This document shows positions 48,399 to 60,288 of a stretch of 64,000 nt of DNA, piece by piece (the stretch's first letter is position 1; every line of letters starts with the position of its first letter). The DNA is from Hamiltosporidium tvaerminnensis FI-OER-3-3 (taxonomy: Eukaryota > Fungi > Microsporidia). The DNA lies in NCBI GenBank assembly GCA_022605425.2, contig JAKIMF020000013.1, positions 372,001 to 436,000 on the forward strand, written 5' to 3'. A model generated the notes under the pieces. The model was not told the DNA's origin. It saw only the letters and a list, made by a program, of their open reading frames with translations, and searched no databases. Both the position numbers and the translations under genes were made by a program.

Positions 48399-50537
48399 CT
48401 ACGAACAAGATTCGAATAAAGATTTCTCGATAGTACTCCAACTTGTATAGTTTTCATCTTTTCCGAAAGGATGTTTTTGGTATCGTTTATTAAGGTACCA
48501 ACTTAGACATACCTCAGACTCAAAAACATATTTCATAGATAATATTTCATTTTTAGATAGTTTATTTTCTAATTCTGAAAAGCTATTTATAATGAATTCT
48601 CCGTTATTTTTTGCAGTTATCAAGATCAATGGTTTTATTATTTCTAAATTTGTTTTAATCATGGAATAAAATTTTATACTAGTGTTTGTGATTAGGTGTT
48701 CTAAGCTTTGCGTAAATGCTTTCTTACAGAATTTATTTGTGGTAAATATATCAAAAGATAGATCTATAAATTTTTCCAAGTATTCTATTTCTGAATTGAA
48801 ATCAGGATATAAAACAATTGATATGAAAACTCTTAAATAAAATTTAAAAATCTTACTTTGATTATAAAAAGCACTACTATTATGGTGTGTCCTTGCACAT
48901 ATTTCATGACTGAAATAAACATTATAAAATCTCGATCGCATTTTTCCGTTCTTCATTCCGAGCAACAATTTGCAAAATAATTTTTGAACAAATATTTTTT
49001 TCAAATATTCGTTCAAAAACTTAGGTTCACATTTATTTTCCAGCGTATGATGACAAATTTTATATTCCGTCGAAAATGAGTTGTCAAAAGAATCCAATCT
49101 TTCTGAAATAACAGATAAAAAAAATTGAACATATAGAATGTAACCACTTTCAATACAATTCTGTAGGTTTTGTGAATAATAATAAACAAATTTTAGAATT
49201 TCATAAAATATTACCAAGTTTTTATCGTTTTTAATTTTTTCCATTATTGTAGATATAAGTTGTATCTGTTCTGGAAAATTAATATTTTTTGCGTTATTTT
49301 TCTCGAAAATAATAAGCTTATTGGCAAATTTTGATATTTGTTCTGGGAATATATCTGTTTCAAGAACAATTTTTTTAGATTTTTCTATTTCCTTTTTAAT
49401 TTTATCTTCATAATTTTCAAAAGTTAAAACATCATCATCATTTACATTCCAGATTTCCATAATAGAAATGTTTGTTTCAACTGAATCCTCGATTTCTTTA
49501 TATAAATTTGGAATCATGTTTAAGAATTTTTCGTAATTTGAACAGATTTTTAGTTCTGGAATATTTTCCAAAAAAGATGATAATTTAGCTTTAAATTCAC
49601 GAGAATAACTTTTCACGGCTGTTGAATTACCAGATTCTTTTAGCGTATTATTTTCCATGGTTGAAAGATTTGATGAGAAAAGCAATGAATTTCCAGATTG
49701 ATCTTTGTGAAATATAGATTCTGCTTTTGGGATTGCCTGCGAATCTGTAGATTCCGTGACGTCATCCCCACCTTCGGAAAAAATTTCTCGCATAAAAAAA
49801 TCAAAAGAAAAGAAACCCAAGTCTTTTATTTTTGATTCAATGGCGTCTGAGATGAAGACTAAATCCAATTCGTCCAAAAAAAACAAATCATCTTTATCAC
49901 TTAAGCTAGTCGTATATAATTGTCGACCGTTTTTGGTAGCCTCATCGACTGTTGAACCCAAAAATAAAGGATTGTCATGATTTTGATTTTCTACTAGCAT
50001 GTCTGAATTTCGGTCTTCATCTATGATGTTTTGCTCCATTGCTGCCGATCCTAGCGCAACACTATCTCCATTCCCACAGAACATGGTCGATTGATAAGTT
50101 GAATTTGTATCCATATTGGTTTGATCCATTATTTCACTTTCTTCTATACCATTATTTCCAAACGTAATCGAGTCATTCGGAGTGTAATCAGCCAGATCAT
50201 TAGTTCCATTGGTTTGATCCATTGATACGGGTGCTACTGTTTCAAAGGCATCATTCAAACCAAACCATAGTCCTATAACAGATGGATTATCGAGCGGAAA
50301 ATAATTGTTGGTGAAGGAGTGTGCGTTAAAACCATTTACAGGGCTATGATCCATACCATTATCTCCACTATTAGTCCGGGTAAAACCAGACCCCGAATTC
50401 GGTCCTTCATCAGTATTTAAATTGCCATACAACGTGTAAATATATGAACCAGGAGCTTGAATTGAATCGGATTCATTCGGCTTTACAATCATCACATATG
50501 TAAATAACAAATATAGAGACAACCAAGAAATTATCAT
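48399..50537 (-). CDS. Hypothetical secreted protein (signal peptide, N/D/S/G-rich N-half, helical C-half)
   Basis: 712-aa ORF with CCCC directly before the ATG and a hydrophobic N-terminus MIISWLSLYLLFTYVMIV. No family recognised. Confidence 0.85.
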   Translation of the reverse strand: MIISWLSLYLLFTYVMIVKPNESDSIQAPGSYIYTLYGNLNTDEGPNSGSGFTRTNSGDNGMDHSPVNGFNAHSFTNNYFPLDNPSVIGLWFGLNDAFETVAPVSMDQTNGTNDLADYTPNDSITFGNNGIEESEIMDQTNMDTNSTYQSTMFCGNGDSVALGSAAMEQNIIDEDRNSDMLVENQNHDNPLFLGSTVDEATKNGRQLYTTSLSDKDDLFFLDELDLVFISDAIESKIKDLGFFSFDFFMREIFSEGGDDVTESTDSQAIPKAESIFHKDQSGNSLLFSSNLSTMENNTLKESGNSTAVKSYSREFKAKLSSFLENIPELKICSNYEKFLNMIPNLYKEIEDSVETNISIMEIWNVNDDDVLTFENYEDKIKKEIEKSKKIVLETDIFPEQISKFANKLIIFEKNNAKNINFPEQIQLISTIMEKIKNDKNLVIFYEILKFVYYYSQNLQNCIESGYILYVQFFLSVISERLDSFDNSFSTEYKICHHTLENKCEPKFLNEYLKKIFVQKLFCKLLLGMKNGKMRSRFYNVYFSHEICARTHHNSSAFYNQSKIFKFYLRVFISIVLYPDFNSEIEYLEKFIDLSFDIFTTNKFCKKAFTQSLEHLITNTSIKFYSMIKTNLEIIKPLILITAKNNGEFIINSFSELENKLSKNEILSMKYVFESEVCLSWYLNKRYQKHPFGKDENYTSWSTIEKSLFESCS

Positions 50538-52289
50538 GGGGTATATTTTTTTTACTGATATTTAAATGTTATTTCATGCCATAATGGTCATTTATATGCC
50601 ATGGAATTTTAAATTTTTCTTTTTAATTCAATAATATATTTAATTTTATTGAGATTTCAAATATCGTAGATGTCAAATCACTCTTATATTTTTTGAAAAA
50701 ATATTATTTTTATTTATGTTTTAAATATCAAATAATTTTTTTAAGAAATTTTTAAAAATATAAAGAATTATCAGTAGATGCATTACATTTTTTTTTAGTT
50801 TTTAGTTAACTATACTTCACTTTGTATCTATTACTAAATAAACACTCTTATTCGATTTGAATATTAGAAATTTTCTTCGAAATTAATTTTTTCTTTAAAA
50901 AATAAAAAAAAAACAATAATTTACCCATTTTGGACAATTATTTATAAAACGGTTTTTTTGGGTAAATTGTTTTTTTTTTATTCGCAAATTTATAATTTTT
51001 TTAGATTTATTTAATATTTTTATGTACATTTTTATCATTAAGAAACAAATAAAAAATATTATCAATTATCAAATCTTTATATTATTTTTTACAAACCATT
51101 AATACAATTTTTTATGAAAATTTAGTCAATATATTGTAATATAATAAAGTTTTTTTGATAAATTATAATTCAATTTTAATAATTTAAATTCATTGGAGTT
51201 GCAACCGTTTAAATTTTGTTTTTTTTACTAAATTTAAAAAAATCTTTGAAGGAATCTCAAGAACTAATATCAGACAAAAAGCCTTTTTTCTTGTTAATCT
51301 AAAGTAAATGTGCATTTTATGATAATGTTCAGAAAGATAATTGCGAAAAAAAAATTTACATCGGAAGCATTTCATTAAGAGATTAAAACCCAAATTATTA
51401 CATCGATCAAAAAAAACGATTCTCCTAGAAAATGATACGCTAAGTAAAAAATCATCATGTGAAAATATTAGTATTCCAAGGTTGCAACACACAGTTCAAT
51501 TTTTATCATAATTGATAGCAATAAATACATTTATATTCTTCAAAATGTAAAAAAAGATTAAACTTTACATAAAAAAATATATTAATTAGAAAGTTTGAAC
51601 TGTTTAAAAATGGTCAAAAAATTGATAAAAAAATATAAATAAATTGTCCAAAAATTACATAACTATTGGTTTTGAATTATTATGATAAAGAAAGATAAAA
51701 CATTTTCAAAAAGGGATACCTTTTCGCTACAAAGACTGGCAATATGCGATTGTTTTTATGTACTATCAGATATAATGTTGTATTTAATTATAAACAGCCA
51801 TTATGCCCGACCATGTTGAATTTTAGGTTGCCCAAATTAAAATCCAGAAGATCATCAGATCTGCTAAATTATACGGGAACTGAAAAAAATTTTCTAATTA
51901 TTTCTTTTTGGCGGGAAAATAAATATTTTCTTGGTAATTAAATTTTTTTAATAAATAAGAGATTAAAAGTAATTTTTTTGATAAATTAAAAAAAAATAGA
52001 AAATATATTGAAACCAATTTAAAAAGAGCAAAAAAAGCAAAGAAAAATTAAAAATAAATTATGAAAATATCTAAAAAAAAGTAAAAAAAAAGATGGAATT
52101 TAAAAAAAATTAACACAAAAGAAAAAAGAATTTGAATTTCAAAATATTTTTCTTTTGCTCAATTTTTTATAACTTGTTTTCTCCCTATGGGTTTTTACTT
52201 TTCCTTTAAATATGCCGCACTTTTGAATTCTAATTCAAGATCTAAAAATATGAAAATATTAAAAATAAAAGATATATGATTTAAGTCTA

Positions 52290-55200
52290 AATTAAATAAA
52301 ATTCTGGGTTAAAATATTTTTTGCCATTTTTATGCATTTTCTTCTACCTCTTTTACCATAGATGTTTCTTCTTCCAAATCCGAGTCTTCATTTATATTTA
52401 TCGTCGGTTCCTCAAACGTAGTTACTTCTTCTGAAATAAAGAGGTGTATTATTCTTTGTTCTTATTTTTTTTAGACTTATCTTCCTATCTCTTCGCTTCT
52501 TTTAAAAAGGATGTTGGTTCCTAATGCATCTCTGATCTCATAATAACACCCATTGACGCTCTTTCCCAGCTCTCTTCGGCATTGAGTCCTGACTCAAGTC
52601 CTCTTCGTCGATCAAAGAAAATTATTTCGACCGTCTTCTTAAGTACTCAGAGTGAATGTATGCCTCTATATTCATGGGTATTTCTAGTCTTTTAAGATGA
52701 GATTTATAGTATTTATTGACAATACTGTTCCAAGTCATCTCATAAAGGGTTATCTCAACACTAAATTATGCATAAAACCTAACAAATTGACGAACAGTTC
52801 TTATTTCCTAAGTTTTTCGGTTTTAACTATTTGAAGTGAATCTTGGCAGGTGATTCCTACTTCAATGAGTGTTATCTTCTTCTTCTTCTTATCTAAAATA
52901 AATATGTCGGGTCTGTTATTCCGAATTTAAACCTCATTTTTTATTCTGGTGTCTACTCTTATCTCTGCATACTCATTATAAAGAATTTCTTGAGCTGAGT
53001 GACTCCTAATTCGTTTTGAAAACTTAAACTTATATCTATTTAGGGGAAGTAAGTATAGGCATCTAACTACTTCATTATGCCGTCTGGTGTAGTCATGGCT
53101 AAGCATTTTTTCACATCGAGTTGCTAGATGATCTACAGTCTTACCGGACTTCCCGCAATGTTGACACACACCATCTGCTCCCCAGAATACATTTCTATCC
53201 TGGATAAAGTAGAACACAGCTTCGTTTCGTGGCCTAATATTTCTTCTCTTTAACCATCTTGAAGAGTCACTAACACTCACAAGCTCATTTTTTCTTGCAT
53301 TATATAACTTTGAATGGAGTTTTCGTTTTTCTATTTCGTTATATAGTTTTGCAAGTTGAGCTTCTTCTAAACTTTTCTTAGTGACTTCTTCTACCAACCT
53401 GTACTTTACTTTTAAGAAGCCTTTTATTAGTGCAAGATGGGTTTTATTATTATTCTCCATCTTGAGGATTGCTGCTCGTCTAGTTGATATTTCTTTACTT
53501 TTTTCCAGACAATCCAAGAGTTGCTAAAGCATATGTTCGCTTCGCCACTCAACACTATGTAGGCCTCTTTCAAGTTCTGTTCTAGGAAGATACAAACGCT
53601 CTTTACATCCTGGGCGGAGATGTATCTTATTCTTTACCAACACTGCACGCACTACATCATCTAACTTAGAGAAGTCAGCCGGTTCAAGTCAAAAAGCTCC
53701 TATGTGATAGTTGATTAACGAAATTGCATGTTGATTGACTGCAGAAAATAAATTTTTTGCATTTAATCTAGTGTGACAAATTCTTTCTACTCTTGATATC
53801 AGTTTGCGTTAAACTTCTTCAAATGAGCTACGTGCTGAGATTCCTCTGCTATCTTCTATTATTCCTAAATATTTATAAACACTATCCCCTTTTAGAAAAG
53901 TAGCAGTATCTTCACAACACGTATCATTTGTGGCTGACTTCTCTTTGTTAATCTCTAAGCCAATCACCTCTGAAAATACCTTATCCTACCCTGTCCTAGC
54001 ACTCAATGTGGAGCCGTCTTTTGCAAGGAGCTTAAGATCATCAATAAACAAGAGATGATTAGTAGAATGGGATTCTGAATCTGTTTGTACTGTCACTTTT
54101 GTGTATTTTTCATTAAGCTTTCGGCTTAATGGATCCATACACAACACAAATAACAAAGGTGACAAACTATCTCCTTGTAGAATCCCTCTATCAATCTTCT
54201 TGCTCATGATTTTTTCAGGCCCTACTGATATATCAATTTTCCATTTTGATATAATTACATCCATAAATTTCAGGATCCAATCAGGTAAATTAAGGTTTTC
54301 AATGCATTGAGTTAAATAAGCATGATCTATTGAATCATAAGCTTTTTTAACATCAACCCATGTTGCCTTAAGATTGTTTCCGTACTCTTTATTGTGGGCA
54401 ATATTCAGTAGAGCTTGCTTTTTCGCTCCCTGCACCCCTCTAACTGCTCCCAACTGGTTCTCCGCAAGCACCCCTCGCCTTTCCACTTCAATTTGAACGA
54501 CTTTCGTTACACACTTTGTCGTTAACTTATAGAGGTTGGACATACAAGCGATTGGCCTGTAGTCAGAGCCTCTTTGTGAAATTCCTTTCGGTATAAAATA
54601 CGTAAGCCTGCAGTAAAATGAATTAGATTGAGTTGTACATTCTAAACATGTAACTTTTACAATATCATAAAGATATTTGTGAAGAGTTGTAAGTTTCTTA
54701 ATGAAAAAATTGTAAATACCATCAATTCCAGCAGCTTTCCAATTTGTAAGCCAATTAATGATACTTACAAATTCATCAAGTGAAGGAAACGTGGTCGGAT
54801 GGTTATCTGATACAAATGAAATCAAATAATCATCATACATGACTGTATAATCATTTTTGTTCCACGTTGTAGACCAAAAACTCACAATTTCATCACGACT
54901 AACCACATGCTCGGATTCTACACGCTCAGATAACCCACGATAAAATCGACCTCGGAAAAGCTCAAACATACGATTCTCTTTTCGGAATTGCTTCCTACTT
55001 TCATGCATCGTAATTTTTTTCTCGTAAACATTCAAAGACTCATTCTTCTTAACTAAAGCCTCAGAAAGATCAGTTACGCTGCTTAAGTTATAATTAAACT
55101 CTCCCATGATTTTCTTAAGGCTCTTCGTTTCCGAAGTGGAGAGCTTTTCCTGCTTACGAGCCTTCTCGAGAAGATTTTTGGAAAGTACTAACTTAGAAAT

Positions 55201-56010
55201 TTTACTTTCTATATTTTCCTTCCAAGCGGATCTAGGCTTCTCTTTACGTGTTAGCTCGTCATAGCATACCTGGGCTGCTTGGATTATCCGTGCCATTGCA
55301 GTTATCGTCATCGGTACATAATAATCAGCATACTCACCGATAATTCGATTAATAAGGTCCAAAACTTTACTGTCAACCAATTTACTTGGAAGCTTTCGAG
55401 TTCGGACCACCACTTTTCCAATTTCCTTCTCCGAGATTTCTTTGATTTTACTCAAAAATTTATCTCTCAGCTTTATGTACTCCGTGGTGTCAGTCAGGGT
55501 GCATGTGTCAGCGAGAAAAGTGGCGATTCTACGTCGCTCACCATTCTCTTCTTGCCTTATTTCTCTTTCTGCCTCATTTTGTGCGAGTTTTTTAAAGGCA
55601 TCGATATCTAATGTGCAGCCAAATTTCTCATTATAGTACCTCAGAGTAGCGAGCCAGCCATTTCCGGACATTCTATCAAACCTCTTTTGCACTGATGGAA
55701 AAGCAGATCTAGGCCATTCCTGCTCTACGACTGTGACAGAGTCAAGTATTGAGTGCAATACCATCAGTTGATTCCCTTCTAGAATGGCATCTGTATTGAG
55801 GTTTGTCATGCCGTTGGCTGGTCTACACGCAGTGGCATCGGTACCGGAAGACGAGGGTATAGTGTCAACCAAGCAGACTGGATCATTCTGGCAACTATTG
55901 CTTAGTGGGTAGTGTTATGAAAAGTCGGTTGAGGTTGAAGTCTCTCGGATAAGACTACGGGATCTACATCACACATTAAAATCTCTCCTACGCTGTTCTC
56001 CAAGTTGTTT
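52290..56010 (-). mobile_element. Near full-length, disrupted non-LTR retrotransposon with RT, CCHC zinc knuckle and restriction-like endonuclease (R4/Dong-like)
   Basis: ORF 53986-55872 has WKAAGIDG, YRPIAC, WVDVKKAYDSIDH, GILQGDSLSPLLF and HLLFIDDLKL. ORF 52927-53517 has CQHC...DHLATRC and RHNEV. An off-frame continuation reads NNRPDIFILDKKKKKITLIEVGIT (PD..D..E RLE) at ~52850-52920. Several stops and frameshifts; the 5' boundary is approximate. Confidence 0.93.
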
Positions 56011-56778
56011 ACAGCCTTTATTTTTTCATTTCTTATATTTTCGCAGTCTAATTACATTCTTCTACCCCTTTTCTTGATAAAATTTATAATGTAACCAGAT
56101 ATTTGTTTTTTTTTGTTTTACATTTTCTTTCAAATACTGTGCATATGTGGTATTTTTTCCAAGAAAGTTACTCAATAAAAATCATTAAAAATGAATCATA
56201 AATATACATTTAAGAGATTATGTACTAGTTAATTCCATAGTTAGCTATGCTGTTTAACTCTTGTCAAAAACATTAGAAATTACTTTAAGTGCATAAATTT
56301 GATAATATAGATTATATTTTATTGCAATAACATTGTTTTTAAATTTATATTTGTTTACCAAAAAAATTCTATTATTATATTACTACAAATATATGCAAAA
56401 AGGGTTTAAATCTATTAAGCTACAAAATTTCATTTTACTTTTATGTTTTGGATTACATTCGAAACCCTTTGGTAAAATCAAAAATGTTGTATTTGTGTAG
56501 ATAAATTTTATTAAATAAATAGTATTTTATCGATTCTAAAATGCACAAATGCCTTTTTTAACATTAAAATACCAAAACTTTACACATAAAACGAATTATT
56601 TTTTATTTTAGATAATATTTTTTGTAAAACATACTGTAATAATTCCACTCCAAAACCACGAAAATCATAATAAAGTTCAAAAATTGAAGTATAAAATAGA
56701 AAAAATTTCCTTTTTTTTATAATAACAACCAGATGATATATATTAGCAAAATCGGATACAATGAAAATTTTATGAAGA

Positions 56779-57138
56779 CTAATTCAAAAGATTTGCTGCT
56801 ATGAATCTACGAAAGATAGTTTTTATCGTCAAAATAGATAGTAAAAACATAAAAAACGTATTAACTTGTATAAGGCTGGTATCGTTTTGGAATAAAGAAA
56901 AATCAAGAAGGGTATAAATAATCTTAAATTGTATCACGAAGATAAAAATTGTGAATAAAAATATTGAAAACATATCCTTTACGATGTACTTCGAATCAAT
57001 ATCTACTGTCAAAAAAAAACATTCGGAAAATATTAAATTAACAAGATATAGAAGCCAAAACAAGGTCTTCAAACTTAGCATAATAATTTCATGTGTTTTA
57101 GACGCAACAATCTTCGGTTTAAATAACTGTATATTGAA
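56779..57138 (-). pseudogene. Hydrophobic multi-TM reading frame abutting (probably interrupted by) the 720-nt element
   Basis: The frame of ORF 56779-57081 stays open upstream (FNIQLFKPKIVASKTHEII) to the element's TSD at 57138. Confidence 0.35.
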
Positions 57139-57864
57139 CTTTATTTAAAAGTATCACATCTTTTTTAAAACAGTGGCAAGTGTTATATTTGTTTTCATGA
57201 CATTAACGCAGTTCTAGGTTTAACATAAATAACTGCTACCCAAAACTCCATCAGTAACCCCTGCGATACCTACGTCCCAAAGCCTTTCATTTACCAGGTG
57301 TGTAGAACCTAATTACTAGGCGAGGCAGTTGCCCGGAGTTCGTTAATGTCCGTTGCATGGAGTGTGATCGAAGGCCGAAGCCCTCCCTGGGCTCCCCCAA
57401 GACTATGCAGCATTCCCACTTACTCTACACTTTCTGAACCCAATAAACTTCTAGCTAAGATATATTTCAGAGATTTACATGGGGTCCACCTAGACAGTGC
57501 AATGTCATACCAACAGGTATAACCTGCTACTTATCTCTCCCGGCTTTAATGGTTTTTTGTTTTATATCTCCCAGGCGCTAAGTCTTCTAACCCGAGTGAG
57601 CAAGGCTAGGTTTCCATGTTTTTAGATGGCAATTACCTACATGTTCAGCTGCGGTCTGCAATCGGTTACATAAAAAACTACAAATAAATTTGTAGAAAAA
57701 GTTTCTTCATTTCTTAGACCTCTCCTCCTCATACAAACTCCCATGGAACAACCGAAGATGTAGTGTGGTTTTATTCCCACCAAAAATCTAAACAATGATC
57801 TCACACCAGTTTCACACACTCATTGCCAAGCAGAAAGTTTTTTATGTGGTTATCCTCCCTCCAC
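57139..57864 (-). mobile_element. ~726-nt dispersed non-coding structured element, best-preserved copy, with 15-bp TSD
   Basis: Flanked by TAACTGTATATTGAA (57124-57138) and TAACTATATATTGAA (57865-57879). No long ORF; many internal inverted repeats. Strand inferred from G-U pairs and UUCG loops. Confidence 0.92.
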
Positions 57865-58436
57865 TAACTATATATTGAATATAATTAAATGCAAATAATA
57901 TTTTTGGCTTTAAATCAAATTACTATTAATTTGAAAAAAATTTTTCCGATTAAAATAATATACTTTACATAAATTATTTCTAAAATATATAAACCTATAT
58001 GTAGAATAATGTTTAGAATAAAATATATTAATTCTTTCATAAATTTAAAAATCCTATTATTAAATATAAAAGATATCTTAGAAAATGAAGTCTCTTGTGA
58101 TCTTGGTTCTAATTCTTCATTCATCCTGAATTCACATTTTTTTTTATTTAATAGCTTAGCTTATTCCATTTGCGTTCAGTTTATTCATGGAGCAAAAATT
58201 TATTAATAGTCTATATTTGAAATATTTTGCATCATCTAGATTATAAAAAATATTTAATTAAATTTTATAATTTGAAATAAACTGTCTTATTCATATAAAA
58301 TATTTTGATTTGTTATTACTTTTTTCATATAAATCACTATAAATACATAGCCAATTTTCTTCACGATAATTATGTGTTAAAAAAAAGTTTCAAAGCAAAA
58401 AAATAACTAATAGTAATTATACTAAAATATATTCCG

Positions 58437-59155
58437 TTATTTAAAAGTATCAAATCTTTTTAAAACAGTGGCAAGTGTTATATTTGTTTTAATGACATTA
58501 ATGCAGTTCTGGTTTATCATTAATAACTGCTGTCCCAACACTCTATACAGTACCCACTGCGATACTTACTTCCCCAAGCCCTTTATCATAAAGAAGTCTT
58601 AACCCAATTAAAGGAGAGGCTGTAGCCCGGAACTCGTTAATGTCCGTTGCATGAAATGTGATCGAAACCCACCTTGGGCTCTTCCAAGACTATGCAGCCT
58701 TCTCATTTGCTCTACAATTTCAGAACCCAATAAACATCTAGCTAATATATATGACAGACACTTACATGGGGTTTACTTAGACAATGTAATGTCAAACCAA
58801 AAAGTATAATCTGCACCTTGGCTTTCTCGGTGTTATATCGTTTTAATTTTTGATATTTCTCAGGCTCTAAGATTTCCACCCGAGTGAGCAAGACTAAGTT
58901 TCTATTCTTTTACAGGGTAATTACCTACAAGTTTAGCTGCGGTCTGCAATTTAGTTGCATGAAAAACTATAAAATTGATTTGTAGAAAAAGTTTTGCAAT
59001 TTCGTAAACTTTTTCCTCCTCGTACAAATCCTATTGAAAAACCGAAAATTTGTGTGATTAATTCATACCAAAGATTCAAACAACGATTTCCACATTAATT
59101 CCATATACTTTATGCTAATATATAGTTTTTTATGTGGCTGTTCTCCATCCGCCAC
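58437..59155 (-). mobile_element. ~720-nt dispersed non-coding element, full-length copy
   Basis: Colinear end-to-end with 57139-57864 (TTATTTAAAAGTATCA...CCAC). Confidence 0.93.
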
Positions 59156-60288
59156 TGTCAAATATAAAATAATATGTTTAAAAGATTTGATTACTGGATA
59201 AATCATTTTATTCTAATTGTATACCTAAAAATATGTTTAAAGTGAATATAAGATGCCAAACCTTATTTTTTTAACTGCAGGCTAAAATTTATTTAAACAC
59301 TCATGTTTTTTACAGCCATTGTTAGGTTTTCTAAGATAAATTGTTTAAACGTGTCCACAAATATTCTACAAATACGAAATTTACATTATCAGTATTTAGA
59401 ACATACAATATATATTGTATACAGCGAATAGAAGCCTAACAAAGAAAATAATATACATTTTTGCGGTAAAAGAAATATATGAGAAGACACAAATTACCCC
59501 AAAATTAATATTAATTAAAAAACTATACCGAGTAAAATAAGAGTTATTAAATGTACTAAATTCGCATAAAATAGATTTTTAAATATAATTCTAGCTATGG
59601 AATTGCTTTGATAGATGAAAATAGCATTTTTTGCGTGTATAAATTTGTATAACGTGTTGGCTTGAAAGACTGTTGGAATACATCGCGATACGAATAGTTC
59701 AAGATTTAAATCATTTTTCTAGTGTAAAAACATTCTAATATCAGATTTGAAATGCTTTTATCCTGATTTTGATTTTTTTTATTAGAAGGCACTATTTCGA
59801 AAAACATTCCAATATTTTGTGATACTAATAGCAAATTAAAATCGATTAATTGGGCCTATATATAGAAATTATATTTAGCTGATTCGTGAAGAAATTTTTA
59901 TAATTTCTAAAATAATTGTTAGAAATCTTCTAAGTAAAGAAAAATAATCTGCAAATTGTAAATTAAATATAATATACAATAATTATGTAAAGGATGTATT
60001 TATTCTTCAAGAAAGAATTAGAAGTATGTAATTATTATTTCTGATAAGAAATGAAATGTTTTCAATTAGTTATAAATTATTAAAAATAATATTGAGCTGA
60101 ACAGAAATATTACAGATAGTATAAATATATGAATAAAGAGAGAGGCAAGGTGAATTAAGTTTTTAATATTATTTTATATATATTCACCATGAATGTAGAG
60201 TAAACAAAATTGTATTTGAAGCTTTTATCCATCATTATTATTAAAATCTTGCAAGAAATGAAAAATTGAATTTATTACATATTAATGA

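Noticed and set aside
57146-57850. The 720-nt element as a MITE with terminal inverted repeats
   Set aside because: The inverted similarity is limited to two short subterminal motifs (CACAT, TGGCAA). The true ends are not inverted, and the 15-bp TSD is longer than is typical for DNA transposons.
57139-57864. The 720-nt element as a group I/II intron, hammerhead/HDV ribozyme, rRNA fragment or tRNA-derived SINE
   Set aside because: Only partial look-alikes were found (CTGATGGAG rather than CUGAUGA, a short LSU-like GCAGCT..GGTAA..CCATCTAAA stretch, an A-box-like TGGCAATGAGTG without a B box, no domain V). None has the full ordered motif set.
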